Origin: Candidatus Wolfebacteria bacterium RIFOXYD12_FULL_48_21
GTDB taxonomy: Bacteria; Patescibacteriota; Minisyncoccia; UBA6257; UBA9933
Length of the DNA stretch: 64,000 bases
Direction of reading: 5' to 3'
Assembly: GCA_001793945.1 (NCBI GenBank)
Contig: MGIW01000003.1
Location: 129,630-193,629, forward strand
Shown piece after piece: positions 20,078-28,459 of the stretch. The translations under genes were made by a program, and so were the position numbers. How positions within the stretch are numbered: position 1 is the first letter of the stretch; each line of letters opens with the position of its first letter. The notes under the pieces were generated by a model. That model saw only the letters and a program-made list of their open reading frames with translations. It was not told where the DNA came from and made no database searches.

Positions 20078-20518
20078 CTATCCGGGGAGGAATTGGCGGT
20101 TCAATGTCAACTCCATCTTTCCAGCCTTCTTAGCACGCACCTTAATGACAGGCGGCCACTGTTCAACTGCAAACAGTTCACCGGGCCCATCTTTGCGATA
20201 AGCCTTCCCGTCGAGGAAATCGTACTCCACCTCGATGTGCGGTGATGCGGTGATTTGATACCACATCGTACCATCTTTCGTTCGGTAGCACGGAAAGGTT
20301 ATGGCCACCCATTCCCCTTTAGGAAGGATCTTTTCTTCCTGAACGACCTCCTCCTTCCGTTGGGAGAGGTCCCAAACCGTGTTACTTTGCGGTTCTATTC
20401 GGCCAGCAACGATCCATATCATGAGCATCACTACCAAGCCAATGAGCCCCCATTTAACCAGGAGCTTTCCCACCCTTTTCACCCGCTCAAGGAGCGGTTG
20501 TTTTTTTGCTTCCGCCAT
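20078..20518 (-). CDS. Hypothetical single-pass membrane protein downstream of the SPFH gene (possible NfeD-like partner)
   Basis: TM helix LLVKWGLIGLVVMLMIWIV. It overlaps the stop of the SPFH ORF. The start was chosen at the internal Met MAEAKK. Confidence 0.3.
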   Translation of the reverse strand: MAEAKKQPLLERVKRVGKLLVKWGLIGLVVMLMIWIVAGRIEPQSNTVWDLSQRKEEVVQEEKILPKGEWVAITFPCYRTKDGTMWYQITASPHIEVEYDFLDGKAYRKDGPGELFAVEQWPPVIKVRAKKAGKMELTLNRQFLPG

Positions 20519-21446
20519 TTCTTCCTCCCGCACTTCCGTGCGCTCTGGCAGCGGCAATTACGCCGCCGATTAATTTCCCGAGACCGTCTCCACTCCCCTC
20601 GTCCACGATTCGAACGATTTCTTCGTTGATCCTGTGTTGGATCGTTCCCTCCTGGATTTGGACGGCCATAGTAGCATCCTTGAACGACACATCATCATGG
20701 CCCTTTTTAAGAATCTCCATGCGTTTTTTGAACGCCACCATTTCTTCCGCTTTCTGGGCGTTCTTGATCTTCATCGCCTTTCGCTCTGCCGCCGCGGCAA
20801 CAACATTTTTCGGTTCTACCAGCTGAGCCATATTCAGCCCAACCAATTTCACTCCGAATTGTTCAACGCAATACTCACCGTCATTCTCTGACAGCTTGAT
20901 CACGAGATCATCAAGGAAATCATCCCTCTTAGGGGCATTCGCCGCCGTTTCGAGATAGTTTTCCTTTACGAGCGCATCGACAATCCGGAGAATAAACTCC
21001 TGATACATCTTTTTTGCCTGATCGGCTGTATGAGGCTCCTCGCTTCTATCCTGAGCAAACCTTTCAACGGCCGTGCGCGCGATGCGCATGGTTTTCTTCG
21101 CAACGCCCTCCTGCTTGCCGTTCTTGATGAATTTTTCCCCGCCTCCTTCTGCTACTTCAAACAGCATTGTTAGCGAAGTCGTCAATTCGTCCTTGTTCGG
21201 CAATACGATCTCGAACTCCTCCACCGTTACATCGAACCGGCGCGGTACTTCAATGAAATCGGATATGACTCCCTTGAACCACAGAAACATGGCTCTCGGT
21301 CTCATGACCTTGTCTGTCGCCACCCCTCTTCGGGTGATAATCCGAACTTTCTCCGGATCTCCGAGGGGAACATATGCATAGCATCCCCACAAAATCGCCC
21401 CGCCAGCCACTATCATCAGCACTAAAATCGTTATGATCGTTCCCAT
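20487..21446 (-). CDS. SPFH/band-7 (stomatin/prohibitin/flotillin-like) domain membrane protein
   Basis: N-terminal TM helix followed by a ~250-aa domain with an SPFH-like pattern and a C-terminal coiled coil. Confidence 0.5.
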   Translation of the reverse strand: MGTIITILVLMIVAGGAILWGCYAYVPLGDPEKVRIITRRGVATDKVMRPRAMFLWFKGVISDFIEVPRRFDVTVEEFEIVLPNKDELTTSLTMLFEVAEGGGEKFIKNGKQEGVAKKTMRIARTAVERFAQDRSEEPHTADQAKKMYQEFILRIVDALVKENYLETAANAPKRDDFLDDLVIKLSENDGEYCVEQFGVKLVGLNMAQLVEPKNVVAAAAERKAMKIKNAQKAEEMVAFKKRMEILKKGHDDVSFKDATMAVQIQEGTIQHRINEEIVRIVDEGSGDGLGKLIGGVIAAARAHGSAGGRNGGSKKTTAP

Positions 21447-21761
21447 CTTCCCTCTCCTTCCGCGTTAGCGATGTAGATTCCTTTTATATATTCAGTTCTT
21501 AAAGGTCAGTCTTATTTAATATATATATACCATATTTGTATTCGTTTGTCAATATGTACAGAAAGCCCGGTTCTGGCTATACTTTTTTTACTAATTGCTT
21601 TGTATTTGTCATTCCGAGCCCATTCGACAAGCTCAGGGTGAACTCCGTGAAACGGAGCCGAGGAATCTGCCTTTACTACAGATACCTCGTCCGCCGACTG
21701 GCGGATCTGTATGACAACTTATCCGTTATTGGTCGTAGGTTGTTAGTTATAAGTTATTTTA

Positions 21762-21807
21762 GCCGGGGTGGCGAAATTGGCAGACGCACTCTCGTAAAAC
21801 TTCACAT
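21762..21807 (+). pseudogene. tRNA 5'-half fragment (acceptor GCCGGGG + D-arm TGGCGAAATTGGCAGACGC) immediately 5' of tRNA-Leu(TAG)
   Basis: The D-arm is almost identical to that of the adjacent intact tRNA-Leu. No anticodon or T arm follows. Confidence 0.3.
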
Positions 21808-21889
21808 GCCCCCATGGCGAAATTGGTAGACGCGCCAGTTTTAGGAACTGGTTCCGCAAGGATTAGAGGTTCGAGTCCTCTTGGGGGCA
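21808..21889 (+). tRNA. tRNA-Leu(TAG), class II
   Basis: Sequence GCCCCCATGGCGAAATTGGTAGACGCGCCAGTTTTAGGAACTGGTTCCGCAAGGATTAGAGGTTCGAGTCCTCTTGGGGGCA. It has a 7-bp acceptor stem, anticodon loop TTTAGGA (anticodon TAG) and T-loop TTCGAGT. Confidence 0.75.
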
Positions 21890-21895
21890 CATTCG

Positions 21896-22090
21896 TTTTT
21901 CTCGGCCTTAGGCCGGCCTCACTTTTGAACAGATGTTCGGCCGGCACTCCTTGAGTCGAAGCCGCACCGCAAGGTATGCAGGCTCAAGTCCTGTCCCCGG
22001 CACATATTTCAATTATTTTTTCGTCTTAGGCCGGCTCGCCTGAATAGATGCTCACCGGCACTCTGATGCATCGCCCTCACGATCTATCCG
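21896..22090 (+). repeat. Two imperfect ~50-nt tandem units (cttaggccggcYYcRc...gaaYagatgYtc..ccggcactc) with GC-rich hairpins, downstream of tRNA-Leu(TAG). The first is followed by a tRNA-3'-end-like CCCCGGCACA.
   Basis: Units at 21896-21950 and 22017-22064 were aligned by eye. The palindromic GGCCGG stems are read directly. Confidence 0.4.
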
Positions 22091-22101
22091 TATACATCTT
22101 T

Positions 22102-22151
22102 TTTTATTTGCTGTCCAAATGTACGACCGTACATTTGGACAGCAAATAAAA
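22102..22151. repeat. 40-bp perfect palindrome tttgctgtccaaatgtacg-ac-cgtacatttggacagcaaa (extends to 50 bp with the flanks). Copy 1, downstream of the PaaX-like gene.
   Basis: The 42-bp core atttgctgtccaaatgtacgaccgtacatttggacagcaaat is identical to 22847-22888. Confidence 0.8.
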
Positions 22152-22193
22152 CATCCGGCGTATATGTCTCATTTTCCGTGCGCTATTCACCGC

Positions 22194-22802
22194 TTATATT
22201 ACATGCTTTAAATTCCCAGTGCTTCCCACTTCGAATATCTCCACAAAGCCTTCAAGTTTCATTTTCATAATATCGGCGATCAATTCCTTTGGTATTTTTG
22301 TCTTCCCGATCCACACGCTTTTCTGTGCCATTTTAAAATCCAAATTCCCCAACACCATCCTTAGCCATGTACGCTTTTTCGTATATTCTTCCGGGATATC
22401 AAACATGACAATAATAACCTTATTCCCTTTTTCCTTTGGATAATACACATCGGGATATCCTTCTTTGCTTTTTAAAAATTCCAACTTCTGTTTTCCGCGT
22501 TCTGTTATTTTATATTTCTTTTTTTCCACTCCTATCTCTTCATTTATTAGCCCGTCTCTTTTTAATTTGTAGATCAGGCTATAATATCTGTTTGTCATCT
22601 TTCGCTCTTCTTCTTCGGTTCGCTTTCGCACATCGCGCCCGGTCCGTATTTTGTTTAAATTATAGTTAATGTCTATCGGCGATGCGCCGCGCCCACCTTC
22701 AACGACAGCCTCCAGCAGATCAAGCTGTGCGTCAATTCCCTCGCTTATCGCCTCCAATATTCTAAGTGATGATTTGTATCTCATGTTCTGCCTATCTTTC
22801 AT
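22194..22802 (-). CDS. PaaX-like regulator: N-terminal winged-helix HTH plus C-terminal Cas2-like (ferredoxin-fold) domain
   Basis: RYYSLIYKLKRDGLINEEIGVEKKKYKITERGKQ is wHTH-like. KVIIVMFDIPEEYTKKRTWLRMVLGNLDFKMAQKSVWIG fits the Cas2 / PaaX-middle-domain pattern (hhhhhYDh...RR.L...L..G.RVQ.SVF). Confidence 0.4.
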   Translation of the reverse strand: MKDRQNMRYKSSLRILEAISEGIDAQLDLLEAVVEGGRGASPIDINYNLNKIRTGRDVRKRTEEEERKMTNRYYSLIYKLKRDGLINEEIGVEKKKYKITERGKQKLEFLKSKEGYPDVYYPKEKGNKVIIVMFDIPEEYTKKRTWLRMVLGNLDFKMAQKSVWIGKTKIPKELIADIMKMKLEGFVEIFEVGSTGNLKHVI

Positions 22803-22846
22803 GCTTTAATTACGATGTGCTTTTCATATAAGTATACCATTCCCAT

Positions 22847-22888
22847 ATTTGCTGTCCAAATGTACGACCGTACATTTGGACAGCAAAT
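22847..22888. promoter_or_regulatory. Second copy of the 40-bp perfect palindrome, ~45 bp upstream of the PaaX-like gene start. Candidate operator.
   Basis: Identical to 22106-22147. A -10-like tatactta lies between the palindrome and the start codon on the minus strand. Confidence 0.45.
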
Positions 22889-23001
22889 CCATGGTGGTCA
22901 TTTTTATCCCGATTCCAATTTATTTGCGCTAAATCAACTACCCTCGTCAGAGCAGAGGGGGATTCGGAATATCAAGCGTCGCCGCAAAGATAGGCAACAA
23001 T

Positions 23002-23038
23002 AAAAAGCCGCAACGCGTTGACGCGTTGCGGTTGTTTT
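23002..23038. terminator. Intrinsic terminator aaaagccgcaacgcgttgacgcgttgcggttgtttt
   Basis: 10-bp GC-rich stem flanked by an A-run and a T-run. Confidence 0.5.
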
Positions 23039-23223
23039 GATCTCTCTTCCTATATATCTCTGTAGTAGAAAAGCAGATCCCTCCGCTCCTCCGTCACCTG
23101 CCTGCCGGTAGGCAGGGCTGACGGATCCGGTCGGGATGACAGGATACTGGATTCCCGTTTTCACGGGAATAACAGAACGGGAGGCGGGAATGACACCGTA
23201 CCGGACCCCTATTTTCACAGAAA

Positions 23224-24354
23224 TTACATGGGAGAAAATACCCCGGCCCATTTTTTGCCTTTTCTGTTTGGCTTGTGCTCTTTGACTTCAATCTGCTCGA
23301 CTTCTTTCCCTTGTAGGGCAAAGTGCCGAGTGACATATTTTATAATGTCCGGGTCTTTCGGCGTCGGGTTAAAATCAACCAATCCCTCCTTCGTTTCATC
23401 CTCCCCTTTAAACTTCACGCGGATGAGATAACTGCCTTGCGCGGTGCGCGCCTTGCACTCGTTCTTTACCAGCTTCCCGACGAACTTGTTGCCGTCGCCG
23501 AGGTCGACTTGCACCTTTGCGGTCTTTCCGGCGAGCAGTTCTTTGAACTTGTCCATCGCTTCCGCGATCCACAACTCCCCCGCTGCAAGTGGGCGGGGCG
23601 GCTTGCATAAACTTACACCATCGCACCACACACTTCCGTCGTCCCAGTACACATACCGATAACAACGGGGCTTATCTGCGTCATCTCTGTTCGATTCGCC
23701 CAGCTTTTTTTGTCTCGCAAAAAATCGCGTACCCATGCAGGTCTTTATCGACGGAGTACCGTCGAAATCGAACACCACGAATTTTTTCCCGAAACGATAT
23801 ACCGGGTCATCTTGCATTCCGTGTGGGAATGCAAAGTCGCCTACCGATTGTTCATTGCCTATGGCGTAGAACCACGGTGTGAGCTTTCCGCACAGTACCC
23901 AGCGTTTAAACCCGGGATGCGCTTCGTGCTTTTCTGCGGTGCCATAACCCACTTTCGTAAATGCGCTCAAGGCGGCTTCCAGCGTTTCCCATTCGATAAA
24001 CACCACTCCTTCCTGTTCCGTATATCGGTGCGTCACAATTCCGCACCGGCCTTCCGGTGGATCTTTAATTTCGAGTACTTCCAAATATCCTCCACCATTT
24101 CCATAATTGCCGATGCCGTGATATCGATGCTGCACGATATCGTACCGTGAGTAGTTCCCGTAAACACCGTGCGCAAGCAGCACTCGCCTGGTTGTAGCCT
24201 CTTCGATCGTACGAACATGCGTCCGCAAAAATTCCACAACCTGCGCACTTTCGCCGATAGGGCAAGTGAATTTTACCGGCTGGCCTGTGCCCGTATGTCC
24301 TTCTCCATGCTGATATGAGCTAAATCTGTCGCTGTCATTCTGCGCCATGTGCAC
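23224..24354 (-). CDS. Hypothetical protein (possible metallophosphoesterase-like N-terminus). Function unknown.
   Basis: 376-aa ORF with good coding appearance. Only weak motif resemblance. Confidence 0.3.
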   Translation of the reverse strand: MHMAQNDSDRFSSYQHGEGHTGTGQPVKFTCPIGESAQVVEFLRTHVRTIEEATTRRVLLAHGVYGNYSRYDIVQHRYHGIGNYGNGGGYLEVLEIKDPPEGRCGIVTHRYTEQEGVVFIEWETLEAALSAFTKVGYGTAEKHEAHPGFKRWVLCGKLTPWFYAIGNEQSVGDFAFPHGMQDDPVYRFGKKFVVFDFDGTPSIKTCMGTRFFARQKKLGESNRDDADKPRCYRYVYWDDGSVWCDGVSLCKPPRPLAAGELWIAEAMDKFKELLAGKTAKVQVDLGDGNKFVGKLVKNECKARTAQGSYLIRVKFKGEDETKEGLVDFNPTPKDPDIIKYVTRHFALQGKEVEQIEVKEHKPNRKGKKWAGVFSPM

Positions 24355-24892
24355 TCCTCCCCTTTCTTTGATTATGCAGTTTTAAAGGTTAGCTTCTTTC
24401 GAAAACCTACCATTATTTTTTAGTGAAGTCCAGCGGCCGGGGGCAACTTATAACTAATAACTGATAACCGATAACGGGAGCGGGGATGCTAACCGATGAC
24501 CGATAACTAATGACTAATGACGGGATGCTGGATTCCCGCCTGCGCGGGAATGACAATGCAAAATACTGGATCCCGGCTTTCGCCGGGATGACAATGCGGG
24601 GAGGGGGAAATGACCGATGACTGATGACCGATGACGGGATGCGAGGAGGAGGGTATAAAGTATAAGGTATACGGTATGGGGAGGATTTCTAATTACGGAT
24701 TTTTAATTTCTAATGAGGGATGCGAGGAGAGTGTCATCCTGAACCTGATTCAGGATCTTGTGAGAAAGAAACGAGATTCCGAAACAAGTTCGGAATGACA
24801 GATAGTCGAGGCGGGGGATATAGAGTGCGAATGCGAAATACTGGATTCCCGTTTTCACGGGAATGATAGAAGGAGGAAAAAATAAAAGCGAT
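24355..24892. repeat. Dense composite repeat block: TAACYRATAAC low-complexity, ggattcccgcctgcgcgggaatgacaatgc, ctggatcccggctttcgccgggatgacaatgcgggg, and gggtataaagtataaggtatacggtatgggg purine tract
   Basis: Each module recurs at many other loci (e.g. 26025-26055, 26930-26960, 47037-47085, 50940-50990). Confidence 0.65.
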
Positions 24893-25810
24893 TTACTCGC
24901 TTTTATTTTTCCTCCTCCGCCCGTGAAATGTTTGGTGTATTTCCTTGAGTTCCTTGTTGGTTATGTGCGTGTATATCTGCGTGGTCGCGATGTTTGCGTG
25001 GCCGAGCATTTCCTGTACCGACCGTATGTCCGCTCCGTTGATCAACAGGTCAGTCGCGAAACTATGCCGCAACATGTGCGGATGCACATGCTTTGCTATG
25101 CCCGCCTTGCGCGAATAAAAATCAACCAGCCGTTGCACCGTCCGCGGAACGATTCTCCCGATTACCTTCGGACTCTTTGCCTTGGTGTAACTCACGAACA
25201 TCGCCTCCTCCGCGTCTCCCCTTTTCTCTAAATAATTTTTTATTTCCTTTACGGACCGTTCATCCAAAAACACCACCCGCAGTTTATTCCCCTTTCCGCG
25301 CACCGTCACTTCTCCCCGATCGAAATCCATGTAACGGTTCAAACTACACAACTCCGATATGCGCAACCCGGTCGAGAACAATACTTCGAGTATCGCACGA
25401 TCCCGCAATGCTTTTGTATCGCCTCCGCTTACGGCGCTCAAGAGCCGTTCAAGCTCATCATATTCCATAACCTCTATTTGTCGTGCCGGCACTTTGGGCA
25501 GCTCTATCTTGTCGGGCGATAATACCTTGTGGTCGTTTTTTATAAGGTACTTCAAAAAGTTTCGAAGCGCTATTATATAGTAGCTCTGTGTGGACTTACT
25601 ATACTGCTCCCCTCTTCCATTTGACGAGCGCGCCAAGTGCAACCGAAAATCCCGTACCCGCTCCACGGTTATGTCTGCTTCGCTCTTGATCCCCTCAACC
25701 TCGAAAAACTTTTTCAGATACCGCCCGTAGTTCTCCCCGGTCTTTTGCGATCGATTTTTTTCTATCTCGAGGTAGTCAAGATATTCTTTTAGCAGAATGT
25801 TTACATCCAT
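24893..25810 (-). CDS. Tyrosine site-specific recombinase, XerC/XerD family
   Basis: N-terminal core-binding SAM-like domain (LKEYLDYLEIEKNRSQKTGENY). C-terminal catalytic residues R..HxxR..Y are present (LRHSFATDLL, ...GHANIATTQIYTHI). Confidence 0.7.
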   Translation of the reverse strand: MDVNILLKEYLDYLEIEKNRSQKTGENYGRYLKKFFEVEGIKSEADITVERVRDFRLHLARSSNGRGEQYSKSTQSYYIIALRNFLKYLIKNDHKVLSPDKIELPKVPARQIEVMEYDELERLLSAVSGGDTKALRDRAILEVLFSTGLRISELCSLNRYMDFDRGEVTVRGKGNKLRVVFLDERSVKEIKNYLEKRGDAEEAMFVSYTKAKSPKVIGRIVPRTVQRLVDFYSRKAGIAKHVHPHMLRHSFATDLLINGADIRSVQEMLGHANIATTQIYTHITNKELKEIHQTFHGRRRKNKSE

Positions 25811-25864
25811 TACCCTCAGTATAGCAAATTGTTTTGCGACAGAATACCGAGCGTGATTTGTCAT

Positions 25865-26330
25865 CCCGAGTGCAACGCAGCGAAGCGGAGTGAAATCGAG
25901 GGATCTGATAGTAGCAAGCAGATTTCTCGACTCCTCCGTCGGCTGACGGATGCGCTCGGAATGACAGGGTGAGGTGGGATCCAGTTTTTTCTGCGGTAGC
26001 GGTGCCTTGGGTAATGGATACTGGATTCCCGCCTGCGCGGGAATGACAATGCAGGCGGAGAGGTGAGAGATTGGAGGGGGGGTGTCATCCCGAGTGCAAC
26101 GCAGCGGAGCGGAGTGGAATCGAGGGATCTGACTTTATACTACAGATTCCTCGGCACTTGAAGCGCAGAACCTTATGCACCTCGAGTACCCCCGGCACGC
26201 TACACACTCGTTTCACTCGTTAGCAACGCCGAGGGTCGGGCTCGAGATGACAATGCGGGGGAAAAATAACTGATGACAGGATGCGGGGGCAATACGAGGG
26301 TTTATTTTGCCGAATTTTTGTAGAACAGGT
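25865..26330. repeat. Hairpin repeat block (gtcatcccgagtgcaacgcagcgaagcggagtgaaatcgagggatctg... twice, ctggattcccgcctgcgcgggaatgacaatgc)
   Basis: Near-identical to 10290-10400 and 34840-34935. Confidence 0.65.
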
Positions 26331-26390
26331 GTGATCCGCCAGCCGGCGGATTGTTTCACATTCGGCAAAACCAAAAAATGTGAGATAAAA

Positions 26391-26675
26391 TGTTTCACGT
26401 GAAACAATTTACCTCGTTTTTCGCCCCAAGTGTGAAACAATTATGTTTCACACCGTGCACAGTGTTTCACGTGAAACACTTTATCTCGTTTTTCGCCCCT
26501 CCTCCTCTTTTTAGCGATTTGTGAAATCTGTCATTTTGAACAAATTGTTTCACGTGAAACAATTTGTCTCATATTTAGCCTATAGGTGTGAAACAACGAT
26601 GTTTCACACTGTGCACAGTGTTTCACGTGAAACACTTTATCTCGTTTTCCTTGAATAATTGTTTCACGTGAAACA
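26391..26675. promoter_or_regulatory. Cluster of five perfect consensus parS sites TGTTTCACGTGAAACA (26391-26406, 26463-26478, 26546-26561, 26619-26634, 26660-26675), plus two variant inverted repeats GTGTGAAACA-N4-TGTTTCACAC (26430-26453, 26586-26609)
   Basis: Each 16-mer is an exact palindrome. It equals the ParB-binding parS consensus tGTTtCAcGTGAAAca known from Bacillus and many other bacteria. Confidence 0.7.
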
Positions 26676-26699
26676 CTTTTGCTCACTTTTTGGCTTTTT

Positions 26700-27044
26700 G
26701 CCTATTTATTGGTTCGGCAGTTACCCCTGAGTTATCCACAACCAATTGGGGATAACTCGGCAATACCCCCCCCCGGGGGGGGGATGACTTATGACCGATA
26801 ACCAATAACTGATGACGGGATGCTTTATTCCCGCCTGCGCGGGAATGACACGCTCCCCGTATTGTCATCCCGTGCCACGACACGGGATCCAGTATTTTCT
26901 GCGGTAGTAACATATATAGATATTCAGACTCTGGATCCCGGCTTTCGCCGGGATGACAATACCGAGATGCGGGATGCTAACTGATGACCGATGACCGATA
27001 ACTAATAACGGGGGAGGGGCAGGATGGCGTAGCTCGGGTTCGGG
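26700..27044. repeat. Hairpin and low-complexity repeat block (ggattcccgcctgcgcgggaatgaca, ctggatcccggctttcgccgggatgacaat, TAACYRATAAC)
   Basis: Shared modules. Confidence 0.6.
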
Positions 27045-27482
27045 TTGTATACTGTTGGTATGAACGATCACCTACAAACCGGATCGCTTGGGGAGGATTT
27101 AGCCAGCCACATCCTTTCCGACTCTGGGCATACCGTACTTGAGCGCAATGCCCGCATGAAGTTCGGGGAGATCGATATTGTTTCCCGAAGCCCCAAAGGG
27201 GTCCTTATTTTTACGGAGGTTAAAACGCTTAAACGACCGTACGCGCTTTTCCCGGAAGATAACTTGACCCGGGCGAAGTTCATGAAACTTTCCCGCACTT
27301 GTTCCGCTTATGCCAACGCTCACCCCGAGCTTGTGAGCAACTCGCTCGGCTGGCGCATAGACCTTATCGCCATCATCGTCGATCCTACACTTCCCCTACC
27401 ATCCGAGTACCGCATGACCTCTTTCGGCAAAAATAATTTTGCCATATCGCACTACGAGAATATTTCTTCGCGTTTTAGTTAG
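27045..27482 (+). CDS. YraN-family (UPF0102) predicted endonuclease
   Basis: LGEDLASHILSDSGHTVLERNARMKFGEIDIVSRSPKGVLIFTEVKT matches the UPF0102 signature (GE.D.h pattern). Confidence 0.55.
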   Translation: MYTVGMNDHLQTGSLGEDLASHILSDSGHTVLERNARMKFGEIDIVSRSPKGVLIFTEVKTLKRPYALFPEDNLTRAKFMKLSRTCSAYANAHPELVSNSLGWRIDLIAIIVDPTLPLPSEYRMTSFGKNNFAISHYENISSRFS

Positions 27483-28459
27483 GGCATGGGGGGGGTAAAG
27501 TATGAGGTATGAGGTATGAGGTATACGGTATACGGTATGGGAGGGGGAGAGAGATTAGAAATTAGATGTTAGAGATGAGAGATTGGAGGGGGGGGAGGGG
27601 GGAGATGAGAGGCGAGAGGTGAGAGATAAGAGATGAGAGAAAGAGGGGAGACGCGATAATTCGGCAACATTATTGTTATCCACACTTGCGCTGTTTGCCG
27701 AATGTTTTGTATACTGTAGTCAGATATACATGGGTAGCACAATTCAATATCTAACACGGCTTTGATTCCCTCTTGCGTCGGAAAAAATAAGTCACACACA
27801 CTTTAGATTACGCAACTCTTTTGTCTTGGCGTAAGCCTGACTATTCTTATTCCGAGCCGTCATCTGACGGACGACGAATTAGGACCTCGCGGTAAAGCGA
27901 TGGGATTCCGGATCAAGTCCGGAATGACAGAGAGAGGAGGCTCGGGATGACATGCCGAGTTTCGTAATTTAAAAACTCACTTGAACCGCACATGACACTC
28001 TTGCGTTTGTCATCTCGCATATGTTCGCCTCTTTTGTCTTTTTCCAAAAAGACTTTTTGTCGTTTTAGTCTGCCGCCGACAAAGTCGCATATAATGGATT
28101 CCCGCCTTCGCGGGAATGACACAGAGAAGAATCGGAATGACAAGGGGCTAAGCTGTCATCCTGAACTTGTTTCAGGATCTCATGAGAAAGAAACGAGATT
28201 CCGAAACAAGTTCGGAATGACAGATAGTCGAGGACAGGCCCTCCTCCGCCGGTATGACAGAGAGAAAGATAGGAATGGCAGAGGGAAACAAATTTCATTT
28301 TTAAAAACAAACTTCACTAAAAAAATCTCCACCCCGCACATGCAATCAATTACCAAACTTAACCAAATGAAAAAGAACTGGATACCGGCCTCCGCCGGTA
28401 TGACACAGGGGGGGGGTCGCAAGAAGAAAAATGTAACGATGTCAGACATCGTTACATTG
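27483..28459. repeat. Long repeat-laden leader: purine-rich low-complexity tracts (27483-27660), hairpin modules (27900-28440) and a REP-like 29-bp palindrome (28430-28458) upstream of the giant surface protein gene
   Basis: gagataagagatgagag-type tracts plus ggattcccgccttcgcgggaatgaca and ctggataccggcctccgccggtatgaca modules. Confidence 0.55.

Noticed and set aside
22194-22802. Genuine CRISPR-associated Cas2
   Set aside because: There is no cas1, no repeat-spacer array, and there is an N-terminal wHTH. A PaaX-like regulator with a Cas2-fold domain is a better fit, so it is reported only as Cas2-like.
26350-26700. Possible CRISPR array, suggested by regularly recurring 16-24-bp palindromes
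   Set aside because: The spacing is irregular (72, 83, 73 and 41 bp). The intervening sequences are themselves partly repeated. The repeat matches the parS consensus exactly. No cas genes are present.
27680-27700. Isolated perfect DnaA box (ttatccaca) in the giant-protein leader
   Set aside because: A single 9-mer with no clustering or AT-rich unwinding element is expected by chance at about this frequency. The true oriC is at dnaA.
27992-28459. N-terminal 156 aa of track ORF 27992..34711
   Set aside because: This stretch is translated from hairpin repeat modules and a REP palindrome. A canonical signal peptide begins at the Met encoded at 28460, so the upstream extension is most likely non-coding.
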